In this document: one piece after another, positions 1 to 9,303 of the stretch | Position numbering within the stretch: the stretch's first letter is position 1 | Layout of the letters: each line of letters begins with the position of its first letter | Assembly: GCA_030698565.1 (NCBI GenBank) | Contig: JAUYJS010000005.1 | Span: 154,497-218,496, forward strand | Origin: Candidatus Shapirobacteria bacterium | GTDB taxonomy: Bacteria > Patescibacteriota > Microgenomatia > UBA12405 | DNA: 64,000 bases | Direction of reading: 5' to 3' | The notes under the pieces: model-generated | The model's input: the letters and a program-made list of their open reading frames with translations, nothing else | What the model was told of the DNA's origin: nothing | Databases searched by the model: none | Position numbers and translations under genes: made by a program

Positions 1-807
1 TGGTATTTATCATTCTTATATAAAAGACCAATAGAAGAGCAAATTGCTTGCCTGCTGCATGACTTGTCACACACTGCTTTTTCACATGTAATAGATTTTG
101 TGGTTAAAAACGAAAAATATGAATTTGCTGACAGTAAATTAAAAGAGATAATTAATAAATCAGATATTCCCCAAATAATTAAAAATGGTGGTTATAATTT
201 AGAAAAAATACTGGATAAAACAAATTTTCCTTTGCTTAATAATTATTTGCCCAATGTATCTGTGGATAGGTGGGACTATTTTATGAGAGATGGTTTTGCG
301 ATAGGTTTCTTGCCTAAGTCACTCATCGACACTTTTTTGAATGAAATATTTGAAAAAGAAGACGTTTTTTATTTTAAGGATATTAGACTCGCGTCAACTT
401 TTGCTATTTTATTTCTAAGTTTTTCCCGTTTGATTTGGTTAGATCCGACAGCGCATGGTGCATTTTTTTTGATGGCAGAAGCTATTAAAATCGCACTTGA
501 AGATAAATTAATTACGGAAGAAGATTTTTTTACTGATGATGAGGTTTTATTTGCCAAACTTAAATCTAGTCCGAATACTAAAATCCAACAATTATTAAAT
601 AGATTGTGTCCCGGAAATGAATTTATATATGAAGATGAAAGTAAAGCTGAATTTTTTGGACAAAACAAACCAAGATTTGTCGACCCGCTTGTTGAAAATT
701 ATGGAAAACTAATTAGAGTTTCAGAGTTGACACCCAGTTTGAAATATTATTTTGAGGAATTTAGCCAAAAATATAAAAAAACTGGAGTCTGCCAATTAAA
801 GAGGTAA
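1..807 (+). CDS. HD-domain metal-dependent phosphohydrolase (5' end outside window)
   Basis: Frame stays open to the window start (…IACLLHDLSHTAFSH…); the HD motif L-L-H-D precedes the first in-window Met. Confidence 0.55.
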   Translation, partial: WYLSFLYKRPIEEQIACLLHDLSHTAFSHVIDFVVKNEKYEFADSKLKEIINKSDIPQIIKNGGYNLEKILDKTNFPLLNNYLPNVSVDRWDYFMRDGFAIGFLPKSLIDTFLNEIFEKEDVFYFKDIRLASTFAILFLSFSRLIWLDPTAHGAFFLMAEAIKIALEDKLITEEDFFTDDEVLFAKLKSSPNTKIQQLLNRLCPGNEFIYEDESKAEFFGQNKPRFVDPLVENYGKLIRVSELTPSLKYYFEEFSQKYKKTGVCQLKR

Positions 808-815
808 TATTAGAA

Positions 816-1076
816 GTGGAATTTACTGTTTATATTTTACGAACTTCGGCCAACACACTTTATATTGGCCAAACAAGTAATTTAGTTAGAAGACTAAAAG
901 AACACAACAGTAAAAATGGCCGAGGAGCAAAATATACCCGGTGTTTTGAGTCGTGTTCCTTGGTTTATTCTGAAATTTATCCAAGCAGATCCGAGGCTAT
1001 GAAAAGAGAATTTGAGTTGAAAAAATTAACGAGATTAAAAAAAGAAGAGTTGATAAAAACTAAGTCAAAAGATTAA
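816..1076 (+). CDS. GIY-YIG nuclease superfamily protein (UPF0213/YhbQ-like)
   Basis: 86 aa with VYILRTSANTLYIGQTSNLVRRLKEHN, a classic GIY…YIG…R…E…N arrangement. Confidence 0.6.
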   Translation: MEFTVYILRTSANTLYIGQTSNLVRRLKEHNSKNGRGAKYTRCFESCSLVYSEIYPSRSEAMKREFELKKLTRLKKEELIKTKSKD

Positions 1077-2191
1077 TTAGGAAATTGCGAGTAATTGGGT
1101 GAAGAAGCTGGATTGTTTATAAAATTTTGAACTTCGGTCCAATTATTATCCCCTGCTTTAGGTAAAAGAACATACTGACCATCGGCGCTTTTACCTTGTT
1201 CCAAAACATTCTTATCGGTTAATGCAATTGATTCAATTTTATATTGACTTAATTCTGACGCGTTGTTTATAAATTCGTGCATTTTGTTGAAATCCATGTC
1301 GGTTTTAAGATTAGCCGATATGGTATTTATAAAAGGAATTATTTTGGGAATAAAATTTGAGTTAATGATTTTATTCTTGATACTAGTAATTACTAATTTC
1401 TGGCGCAAAGATCTTCCAAAATCACCATCGTCCTGAAGAGAGTGGCGGGAGCGAACAAATTTTAAGGCTGTCTGCCCATCCATGGTTTGTGAACCAGCAT
1501 CGAAATGTAAATGTTCGTAACGACAAGTGAAGGATTCCTCTAATTTGCTAGCAGAAATGGTGGCGGTCAAAGCTTTGATTTCTTCATCGGATTTGCCACA
1601 GGTATCTTTTTCTTTGTCCCCTATGGGATAGAGATAATCATCAAACGTGGTTTGAATAGGAACATTTATGCCGCCCAAAATATCGACTGTTTTAGTAAAA
1701 CCTTGAAAATCGAGAGCCGCAAAATAATCGATATTGAAACCGACAATCCGACCAACCACATATTTGGCCAATTCTCCCCCACCGGCTGCACCAGTAAATT
1801 CAACTTTTTTTTGAGGGTATCTTTTGTTGTCGTTGCCAATAGAATAGGCGGCGTTAACTTTGAAATTTTTATCTTCTGTAGCTGTAATTGGAATCGGAAC
1901 CCAAAGATCGCGAGGAACGGAAATTAGAGTAATTTTTTTATTTTTTGGTTCAACACGAGCAACTATTATGGAGTCGGTTAAATAAGTACCGTCGTGTGTG
2001 CCACCGCCATATCCCAAAAGGAGAATAGAATAAGGTCGTAATGGATCGAGAGTCGGAGTTGGCTGGATAGAGACGATGGGTTGATTTGGCTTAACAACAA
2101 TTTTTTTATAGTTTATATACCCATAGATACCAGCAAAAATGATTAGAGATATGTTAAACAAACTAACACCGATAAGAATTTTTTTTATCAC
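1073..2191 (-). CDS. LytR-CpsA-Psr (LCP) family cell-envelope phosphotransferase
   Basis: N-terminal TM segment, then LLLGYGGGTHDGTYLTDSIIVARVEP and the rest of an LCP-domain pattern. Confidence 0.65.
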   Translation of the reverse strand: MIKKILIGVSLFNISLIIFAGIYGYINYKKIVVKPNQPIVSIQPTPTLDPLRPYSILLLGYGGGTHDGTYLTDSIIVARVEPKNKKITLISVPRDLWVPIPITATEDKNFKVNAAYSIGNDNKRYPQKKVEFTGAAGGGELAKYVVGRIVGFNIDYFAALDFQGFTKTVDILGGINVPIQTTFDDYLYPIGDKEKDTCGKSDEEIKALTATISASKLEESFTCRYEHLHFDAGSQTMDGQTALKFVRSRHSLQDDGDFGRSLRQKLVITSIKNKIINSNFIPKIIPFINTISANLKTDMDFNKMHEFINNASELSQYKIESIALTDKNVLEQGKSADGQYVLLPKAGDNNWTEVQNFINNPASSPNYSQFPN

Positions 2192-2292
2192 GGTTAAATT
2201 TTATTATATCTCACTACTACTTCGTAGCGTTGGATTGTTGGAGTTTTGATGTTCCCCGCCTTAGAACAAATTTGGACGGAAGTTGTGGGGTT

Positions 2293-3555
2293 TTAGTTTA
2301 ATAACCATTCATATAAGGGTACAACTTCAATCTTTATCCCCTCTCTGTCTACTGTCTGTTTATCACTCTCAGTGATCAGGCGACTGCTAGTAACTCCTTT
2401 GTGTTCTTGGACAGCAGCGACGATAGCCCTTAGTTCCCTTTCCTGTGTTTCGGGGAGATCAAAGTATTGGGAGACTTGAATAAATGAGTTTATCTTAGGT
2501 AAAAAGAAATCAACTTCATAATTTTGAGCTGTTTTGTAATAATAAATATCTTGATATTCTCTTCTTAATTTTAAATAAACAACATTTTCCATTAATTTTC
2601 CTGAGTTCTCAGAAAAATTAAAACCGACTGATACGGCCAAACCAGTATCAATCCCATAAACCTTTTTAGCCGCAATTTGTTGTTCTTTGACCGAGTAAGC
2701 ATATTTATTAACCACAAAAAATAGCCAACTATTTTCTAGATAATCAATATAGCTTTTGATAGTATTAACACTCCCCAATTTAAGAAGTTCTTTAAGTTTA
2801 TTAAAAGAAATAAGAGTAGAGATATTACTGACCAAATAAAAAGTTAATTCTTTTAAACTTTTAACATTATCCAATTTGTAACGAGTGGCAATGTCACGAT
2901 ATAAAACATCATCGTAAAGTGTTTTGTGAATTTTTAATTCTGGATATTTAAGCGAATCCGGAATACCACCAGAGACTACATAATCTTTAGTTAACCCAAC
3001 CAGTTGTCCTTTTTCCTTAGTAGTTAATACTTTCAAATCAGGCACTTTGACATTTTTAAATAATAAAAACTCTTTAAATGAAAATGGGAATAGTTCTACC
3101 CGTAAGTAACGACCAGTCAATCTATTACCCAACTCTTGACTTAATAGAGAAGCATTAGAGCCAGTAACAATAAATTTATAGCCTTGGTCGTGAAGACGAC
3201 GAACAAACCGTTCCCATTCTGGGACGTTTTGGATTTCGTCAAATAGAAATGTATGTTTTTCCCCAAACAAACTGATTAAAGTTTCGTGAAGCAAATCAAA
3301 ATCTTTCACCTCAAAATTTAACAACCGTTCATCTTCAAAATTGACGAAGTAATAATCATCTTTGAGATATTTATTGGCTATTTGAGCCAATAAGGTAGAC
3401 TTCCCTACTCGACGTAAACCACTAATAACTGTAATTTGAGGCGCACTAATAATTTGACCCAACTTATCTAAAATTTCTCTTTTTACACCCAAATCACGAC
3501 CAATAAACGATTGTTGTTGTTCTTTTAAAGCTGAAGCCAAAATATCTCTATTCAT
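2293..3555 (-). CDS. AAA+ ATPase (DUF4143-type, Walker A GKST)
   Basis: 420 aa with P-loop VISGLRRVGKSTLL and the typical ATPase/DUF4143 architecture. Confidence 0.55.
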   Translation of the reverse strand: MNRDILASALKEQQQSFIGRDLGVKREILDKLGQIISAPQITVISGLRRVGKSTLLAQIANKYLKDDYYFVNFEDERLLNFEVKDFDLLHETLISLFGEKHTFLFDEIQNVPEWERFVRRLHDQGYKFIVTGSNASLLSQELGNRLTGRYLRVELFPFSFKEFLLFKNVKVPDLKVLTTKEKGQLVGLTKDYVVSGGIPDSLKYPELKIHKTLYDDVLYRDIATRYKLDNVKSLKELTFYLVSNISTLISFNKLKELLKLGSVNTIKSYIDYLENSWLFFVVNKYAYSVKEQQIAAKKVYGIDTGLAVSVGFNFSENSGKLMENVVYLKLRREYQDIYYYKTAQNYEVDFFLPKINSFIQVSQYFDLPETQERELRAIVAAVQEHKGVTSSRLITESDKQTVDREGIKIEVVPLYEWLLN

Positions 3556-3734
3556 AATTCAACTATAATACATATTGTTTTCACTGTCAATGAAAACAAT
3601 ATCAGGTTTGTTTTCAACCTAAAATATATTTCATCCACTTAGGCTCCACGCCTTAGAGTCCCTACTATTTATAGTCTGCAATCTTCATTTACGGTGTGTG
3701 TGTGTTATTTTATTTGATGGTATGATTTACTTAA

Positions 3735-3971
3735 ATGAAAAAACTTAACGAAATAAAAATAACTGCAAAGCAATTTTTAATTATTTCGGTCATTAGTTTT
3801 CTCCTTTCATTTATTGCCTTTGAGGGACCGCTCTTCTTAATATCAATATTATCGCTTGGAATATCAATTTATACTCTTGGTGTTAATAAAAACAATATTA
3901 TAATCAAAATAATTGGCGGACTAATCATCGCCTGGATTCTTTATATTTTCTTGTTTAGTAAACCGGTTTAG
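3735..3971 (+). CDS. small integral membrane protein (hypothetical)
   Basis: 78 aa, three hydrophobic helices; no recognisable motif. Confidence 0.3.
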   Translation: MKKLNEIKITAKQFLIISVISFLLSFIAFEGPLFLISILSLGISIYTLGVNKNNIIIKIIGGLIIAWILYIFLFSKPV

Positions 3972-4019
3972 ATTCAATTTGAGGAATATTATCTTATTTA
4001 TTTTAATTGGAAAGACAAA

Positions 4020-4847
4020 TTAATCGGTCCACTCTTTTATGGCTCTTTCGTAATTTTCTGGTGTTGAAATCTCGAACCAACTACCGTCATATGAAAAACC
4101 GCACATTTTTTCTTCTTGGGCTAATTTAGTAAAAACTTCATCTATTGTTACTAGGCCATGAGAAGGAATATAACGTAAAATCTCAGGACTAAAAAGATAG
4201 ACTCCGGCGTTAATTAATTGAGTTGGTTTAGAGTGATCGTGTTCTATAAATTTAACGATTTTTTCGCCTCTTAATTGGACGGTGCCGTATCCTTTGGTAT
4301 TGGCTGAATTTGATAGGGCAATTTGAGCCACATATTTTTCTGGCTGATAGTAGCTAATAAATTCCATTAAATCAATTTTGGTTAGTACATCGCCATTGAC
4401 TACTAAAAATGGTTTATCTTGAAGTAAAGTAGAAGCGTTACGAATGGCACCGGCACTACCAAGTGGTTTTGATTCATGACTATAGGAAATTTTTACACCA
4501 TATTTTTGACCGTTGCCCACATATTCTTTGATTTTATCTCCAAGATGACCAGTGGCAATAATTATTTCTTTAATGCCAACTTCCCGAAGCATAGGGATAA
4601 TATAATCAATCAACGGACGGCCGTGAACTGGGATCAAAGGCTTTGGAACCTCGTAAGTTAGCGGCCTCATTTTTACTCCACTACCGCCAGCTAAGATTAT
4701 GGCTTGACCTACTTTGGGAACAAGAACTTGGGACAAAAAATATTCGATAGCATGGGAGCGATTGCGAAGATTAAAACCGTCTATCGCTGCATCAAGGGAT
4801 TTGATAATATCGTTTTTAATGGTAATAGTTAGTCGTTGCCTGTCCAT
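4020..4847 (-). CDS. ribbon-helix-helix (CopG/Arc-like) domain fused to sugar-phosphate nucleotidyltransferase
   Basis: N-terminal RLTITIKNDIIKSLDAAIDGFNLRNRSHAIEYFL (β-strand + two helices, RHH-like). It is followed by AIILAGGSGVKMRPLTYEVPKPLIP…NGD (NTP-transferase G-x-G-x-R and catalytic region). Confidence 0.6.
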   Translation of the reverse strand: MDRQRLTITIKNDIIKSLDAAIDGFNLRNRSHAIEYFLSQVLVPKVGQAIILAGGSGVKMRPLTYEVPKPLIPVHGRPLIDYIIPMLREVGIKEIIIATGHLGDKIKEYVGNGQKYGVKISYSHESKPLGSAGAIRNASTLLQDKPFLVVNGDVLTKIDLMEFISYYQPEKYVAQIALSNSANTKGYGTVQLRGEKIVKFIEHDHSKPTQLINAGVYLFSPEILRYIPSHGLVTIDEVFTKLAQEEKMCGFSYDGSWFEISTPENYERAIKEWTD

Positions 4848-4927
4848 AAGTTAATATATTATACAACGAAGTAATCCAGCTATTATTTACGGTTGCTTAA
4901 TAGATATAAAATAGATATAAATGAGCT

Positions 4928-6331
4928 ATGAATAAAAAAACTAAAATTGTCGCTACTATTGGACCCGCCTCGGAAAACGGGGAGGTAATTGAAAAATTAA
5001 TTTTGGCTGGTGTGAATTTGTTTAGGTTTAATTTAAAACACAATGATTTTGATTGGCATCAAAATACTATAAAAAAAGTTAGGGAAATAGCTAGAAAACT
5101 GGATTACAATATTGGTACGATTGCTGATTTACAAGGTCCAGAAGTTAGAATAGAAACTTTTGAGGGCAAGGAAGTTGAAATTAAAGAGGATGAAAGTCTT
5201 TTTATTGGACCGACTACTAACAGTAATAAGACCATTACTCTTAATCCAAAAGAAGTAATTTCTAGTTTAGAAGTTGGCGATACGGCTTTTATAGATGACG
5301 GGGATTTGGAATTACAAATAATAGGTAGCAAAAATGGAGTCGTGGAGGCAAAAGTTGAGATAGATTACATAATTAAAAATAGAAAAAGTTTAAATATACT
5401 AAAGAAAACAATTGATTTACCTCTTTTGTCGGAACGTGATCTTGTAGCTTTGGAAATGATCCCTAAAATTGACCCAGATTATATTGCTTTATCGTTTGTT
5501 AGAACTAAAGAAGATATCGAAACTCTAAGATCAAAATTAAAAGAAATTGGAGCAACTTCTAAAATAATAGCTAAAATTGAAAATTCATCGGCTATCAATA
5601 ACCTTGAAGAAATAATTAAGGTTACTGATGCTGTAATGGTAGCTCGAGGAGATTTGGGAGTAGAAGTGGCAATGGGAGAATTGGCTTTTTGGCAAAAAAG
5701 AATAATTGATTTAAGTAGAAAATATAATAAGCCAGTAATTGTTGCTACACAAATGATGCAATCGATGGTCCATAATTATCATCCAACTAGGGCTGAAGCG
5801 ACTGATGTAGCCAATGCTATTTTTGATGGTACAGATGCTTTGATGTTGTCAGAAGAAACTGCCACTGGGGATCATCCATTTAAGGTAATTAAAGAAATGA
5901 ATAAGATTGCAGAATTTTGTGAAAAAAATGGTGTGGCAAAATCAATTGAACTTAAATTAGACAGTACGACGGAAGTTTTGGTGAGGGCTGCGGCTAATAT
6001 TATAAAAAACTCAGGTCAATTTCCGATAAAAGCCATAATCGTCTTCACTGAATCGGGGAATACAGCAAGAATTTTATCTAAATATAGATTTAAAATTCCT
6101 ATTGTTGCTGTTACAAACAATTCTGATACGGTTAGATCATTGGCACTTTCTTATGGAGTAATGCCGTTAATACAGGAATTTCCAGAAAATCAATTTAGAA
6201 TGGAAGATCCAATTTTCAAAAAACTTATAAACTTTGAGTTTATTGAAAAAGACGATAATGTTTTGGTGATTCACGGCAATAACTGGATGACAGCGGGCCA
6301 AACCAGTGATATTAGCTTGATTAAGGTCTAA
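4928..6331 (+). CDS. pyk: pyruvate kinase
   Basis: KIVATIGPAS…NLFRFNLKHN…MVARGDLG…; full-length 467 aa. Confidence 0.85.
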   Translation: MNKKTKIVATIGPASENGEVIEKLILAGVNLFRFNLKHNDFDWHQNTIKKVREIARKLDYNIGTIADLQGPEVRIETFEGKEVEIKEDESLFIGPTTNSNKTITLNPKEVISSLEVGDTAFIDDGDLELQIIGSKNGVVEAKVEIDYIIKNRKSLNILKKTIDLPLLSERDLVALEMIPKIDPDYIALSFVRTKEDIETLRSKLKEIGATSKIIAKIENSSAINNLEEIIKVTDAVMVARGDLGVEVAMGELAFWQKRIIDLSRKYNKPVIVATQMMQSMVHNYHPTRAEATDVANAIFDGTDALMLSEETATGDHPFKVIKEMNKIAEFCEKNGVAKSIELKLDSTTEVLVRAAANIIKNSGQFPIKAIIVFTESGNTARILSKYRFKIPIVAVTNNSDTVRSLALSYGVMPLIQEFPENQFRMEDPIFKKLINFEFIEKDDNVLVIHGNNWMTAGQTSDISLIKV

Positions 6332-6335
6332 TTTT

Positions 6336-7070
6336 TTATTTTTGCAATTCTTTTAACGATTCTTGGTGTTTTTGAGCCATAATATTTTGGACTCTTAAAA
6401 GAGAATCGAATGTACCGGCGTCTTCCCATAAACCCTTAAAAATATTTACAGTTAGCTCACCATTTTTTAGATAAATATTATTAAGGTCAGTAATTTCAAT
6501 TTCACCTCGAGCAGATGGCTGCAAATTTTCAGCGTATTTAACAACACGATTATCATAAGTATATAAACCGACGACAGCATAATTACTTTTGGGAATTTTT
6601 GGTTTTTCTTCGATTGAAAGCGCTGTCATATTTTGGTCAAATTCAACGACACCAAAACGCTCAGGGTCGGTTACTTGTTTGGCATAAACTGTGGCTCCGC
6701 CTTTGAATGAACTCACTTTTTTGGAGAAATCTTCATCAAAAATATTGTCACCTAAAATCATGGTGACGTCGTCGTTGCCGATAAAATTTTTACCAATACG
6801 AAAAGCGTCGGCCAAACCTTTTGGTTCTTCTTGTATCTCGTAAGTAAACCTGGCACCAAATTCTACACCAGAACCGAGGAGATTTAAAAATTGTCCAGCA
6901 TAATCAGGGGCAATAATTATTAAAATGTCAGTAATTCCAGCTTTAATCAAAGTATCTATTGGGTAATAGATCATCGGTTTGTTGTAAACCGGTAAAAGTT
7001 GCTTGGATGTGATCTTAGTTAATGGTCGTAAACGGGTCGCCCTACCGCCTGCAAGAATAATTCCTTTCAT
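6336..7070 (-). CDS. rfbA: glucose-1-phosphate thymidylyl/nucleotidyltransferase (short form)
   Basis: MKGIILAGGRATRLRPLTKITSKQLLPVYNKPMIYYPI… is the RmlA-type signature; 244 aa. Confidence 0.7.
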   Translation of the reverse strand: MKGIILAGGRATRLRPLTKITSKQLLPVYNKPMIYYPIDTLIKAGITDILIIIAPDYAGQFLNLLGSGVEFGARFTYEIQEEPKGLADAFRIGKNFIGNDDVTMILGDNIFDEDFSKKVSSFKGGATVYAKQVTDPERFGVVEFDQNMTALSIEEKPKIPKSNYAVVGLYTYDNRVVKYAENLQPSARGEIEITDLNNIYLKNGELTVNIFKGLWEDAGTFDSLLRVQNIMAQKHQESLKELQK

Positions 7071-7125
7071 TGTTTATTTAAATTCTAATATCAGCATTGT
7101 ACTACAATTACTGGTCGATTCAAAT

Positions 7126-8343
7126 TTATTTTTTTTTCCAAATAACTTTATTATAAATAAACCAATTTAATGGAATAGTGATTGTAAAAATAGCTATAAC
7201 TTGATAAAGAAAAAGCCTGTCCCCAAAGAGATAAGTCAACGTAGCCACAACGACTGAAGGAAATAAAATACCTGAAATAACAGAGGATAAATTAAAAGTT
7301 AAAAATTTAGTTACAAACTTCAACATGTTCGTTATCTTTTCTTTGGAAAATGTCCATGTATTATTAAAAATAAAATTTGAAATAATTGCTATTTCGGCTG
7401 CCATAGCATTGGCCAAACCATTTAATAGACTAAGATTGGATTCGGGTGTTATTAAAATTGATTTAAAAAATCTAGCACCTGCAGTGTTTATTATAAAACC
7501 AACCCCGCCAACAATTCCAAATTTTAAAAATTTTCTAGTTTGTTCATCATGTAAACGCAATAAAAAAGCAACCCTAAAAATATCTTTGGCAGTATTCGTC
7601 TCAATTTTTGATTCGCCCGCATTGCGTACATGGAAATTAAGAGGAATTTCCTTGTATTTAGCCCCCAATCTTAGAGTTTCAAAAAGTAATTGAAGTTTAT
7701 ATCCAAAACTTTTAGTATATAAATGATCAAAATCCATGTCTAATTTGTCAGCAAAACCGTTGACCCTAGTAACCTTGAGACCCGTAGTGGGATCGGTAAC
7801 CCGCCAAAAATTTTTAAAGGGAAAAAACATGATAAATCGAGCAACTAGACCGCCAATTTCACTGTAGAAAAGTCTTTTAAATCCCCAGCCTTTTGGATTC
7901 GAACCACCTTTAATTTTCCTCGAACCAATGACGTAGTCATAGCCATTTTCAACCTCTCTAAGCATTAGTGGAATTGTTTCTGGCGGGTGTTGGAAGTCAC
8001 CATCAAATTCAAAAATAAAATCGGCTTTTAAGTTGTCCATGGCATACTTAAAACCCTTGAGATAGGCAGCTCCAATTCCATCTTTACTCGTCTCGGAATA
8101 TAAAAAAACATTTGAATATTTTTTGGATTTTTCTTCAACTACTTTTCCAGTTCCATCAGGAGAGTTGCCATCAACGACTAAAATTTTCATATCCCAATTT
8201 CTAATAAGTCCGCTTGTTTTATTTTTAATATCCAAAAAGGTTTTGTCGTTTAAAAAATCGATCATTTCACCAATATTGTCGGCTTCGTTGTAAGTAGGAA
8301 TGACTATAACAGCTATTGGATTCGACTTATTATTTACTTTCAT
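7126..8343 (-). CDS. GT2 polyprenyl-phosphate glycosyltransferase (Dpm1/ArnC-like) with C-terminal GtrA-like membrane domain
   Basis: VIPTYNEADNI…VVDGNSPDGT…DGDFQH (DXD) N-terminal catalytic domain, then four C-terminal TM helices typical of GtrA fusions. Confidence 0.7.
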   Translation of the reverse strand: MKVNNKSNPIAVIVIPTYNEADNIGEMIDFLNDKTFLDIKNKTSGLIRNWDMKILVVDGNSPDGTGKVVEEKSKKYSNVFLYSETSKDGIGAAYLKGFKYAMDNLKADFIFEFDGDFQHPPETIPLMLREVENGYDYVIGSRKIKGGSNPKGWGFKRLFYSEIGGLVARFIMFFPFKNFWRVTDPTTGLKVTRVNGFADKLDMDFDHLYTKSFGYKLQLLFETLRLGAKYKEIPLNFHVRNAGESKIETNTAKDIFRVAFLLRLHDEQTRKFLKFGIVGGVGFIINTAGARFFKSILITPESNLSLLNGLANAMAAEIAIISNFIFNNTWTFSKEKITNMLKFVTKFLTFNLSSVISGILFPSVVVATLTYLFGDRLFLYQVIAIFTITIPLNWFIYNKVIWKKK

Positions 8344-8382
8344 AAATTGAGTATAACAGAGATTTTATTGTTAAAATAAGGC

Positions 8383-9069
8383 ATGAAAATAGACATTATT
8401 ACTCTTTTTCCACAAATGTTTGAGTCGCCATTCTCAGCAAGCATACTTAAGAGGGCGATCAATAAGGGGTTAATAAATATTGAAATGCATAACCTAAGAA
8501 ATTGGGCATTGGATAAGTATGGTTCAATAGATAATAGGCCCTTTGGCGGTGATATTGGTATGTTGATGCGTCCTGAGCCGGTGTACCAGGCATTGGAGTA
8601 TGTTAAGGGACAGAAAGGGTTTAATAATAAATCAAAAAAAATTATTTTAATGTCAGCTTCGGGTAAAAAATTTACTCAGAGTATGGCAGAAAAACTTAGT
8701 AAACTAGACAACTTAGTGGTAATTGCTGGGCATTATGAAGGGTTTGATCAAAGGATTGTAGATAATATGGTAGACGAAGAAATCTCTATTGGTGACTTTG
8801 TTTTGACCGGAGGTGAGTTGCCTGCCATGGTAATTGTAGATGCTGTTTGTAGATTAATTCCTGGAGTATTGGGAAAAGATGAATCAAATAAAAATGAAAG
8901 CTTTTCTGAAATTGAAATCGATGGTAAAAAAATAAGAGCTCCTGAATACCCCCAATACACACGCCCAAGAGAATTTATGGGACATAAGGTTCCCGATGTA
9001 TTACTTTCGGGAAATCCTAAAAAAATTAAAGAATGGCAGATTGAACAGATTAAAAAGCGATTAAAATAA
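8383..9069 (+). CDS. trmD: tRNA (guanine37-N1)-methyltransferase
   Basis: MKIDIITLFPQMF…RPFGGDIGMLM…VIAGHYEGFDQRI…. Confidence 0.9.
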   Translation: MKIDIITLFPQMFESPFSASILKRAINKGLINIEMHNLRNWALDKYGSIDNRPFGGDIGMLMRPEPVYQALEYVKGQKGFNNKSKKIILMSASGKKFTQSMAEKLSKLDNLVVIAGHYEGFDQRIVDNMVDEEISIGDFVLTGGELPAMVIVDAVCRLIPGVLGKDESNKNESFSEIEIDGKKIRAPEYPQYTRPREFMGHKVPDVLLSGNPKKIKEWQIEQIKKRLK

Positions 9070-9301
9070 CGGCCAACAAAGCAAACAAAAAATATTCGAT
9101 AATAATAGAGAGGTGCAAATCCCCTTTTTTGTAATGATGAAATAGACTCCAAAAAAAATAGGATGAAACTACCCCGTAAATTACACGGTGTCGCAATAAT
9201 TCATTGTAACGAAATTGGAAAAAAAGTATGGCGCCGACGAAAAGAATTATAAATAATATAAAATGTTCACCTGGTTTTTCTTTAATTTCTTTAATGATCA
9301 T
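9050..9301 (-). CDS. small membrane protein (hypothetical)
   Basis: 83 aa with two hydrophobic helices; first gene of the minus-strand surface-protein gene string when read 5'. Confidence 0.3.
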   Translation of the reverse strand: MIIKEIKEKPGEHFILFIILFVGAILFFQFRYNELLRHRVIYGVVSSYFFWSLFHHYKKGDLHLSIIIEYFLFALLAVILIAF

Positions 9302-9303
9302 TT

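Noticed and set aside
369-668. 99-aa ORF antisense to the HD-domain gene (and similar antisense/out-of-frame ORFs at 1652-1927, 4476-4661, 5104-5331, 7325-7693, 8748-9152, 9622-9852, 11451-11687, 12771-13031, 14556-14771, 15017-15274, 17210-17413, 17674-17886, 20483-20689, 21317-21799, 22553-22951, 23182-23508, 23668-23934, 24162-24371, 25046-25252, 26311-26511, 31884-32159, 32038-32265, 32789-32977, 33172-33408, 34300-34734, 37160-37462, 39449-39700, 40627-41238, 45722-46135, 48029-48322, 50793-51086, 52516-52710, 54882-55121, 55826-56014, 56234-56416, 57314-57511, 59045-59544, 60259-60730, 60903-61106, 62140-62840, 63408-63742)
   Set aside because: Each is fully embedded in a longer, motif-supported gene on the other strand or frame, and has low-complexity AT-codon composition. 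These are typical shadow ORFs of an AT-rich genome.
7900-7920. tRNA-like T-arm string GGATTCGAACC on the minus strand
   Set aside because: It lies inside the GT2 glycosyltransferase reading frame (encodes …GGSNPKG…) and the flanks do not fold into a cloverleaf.
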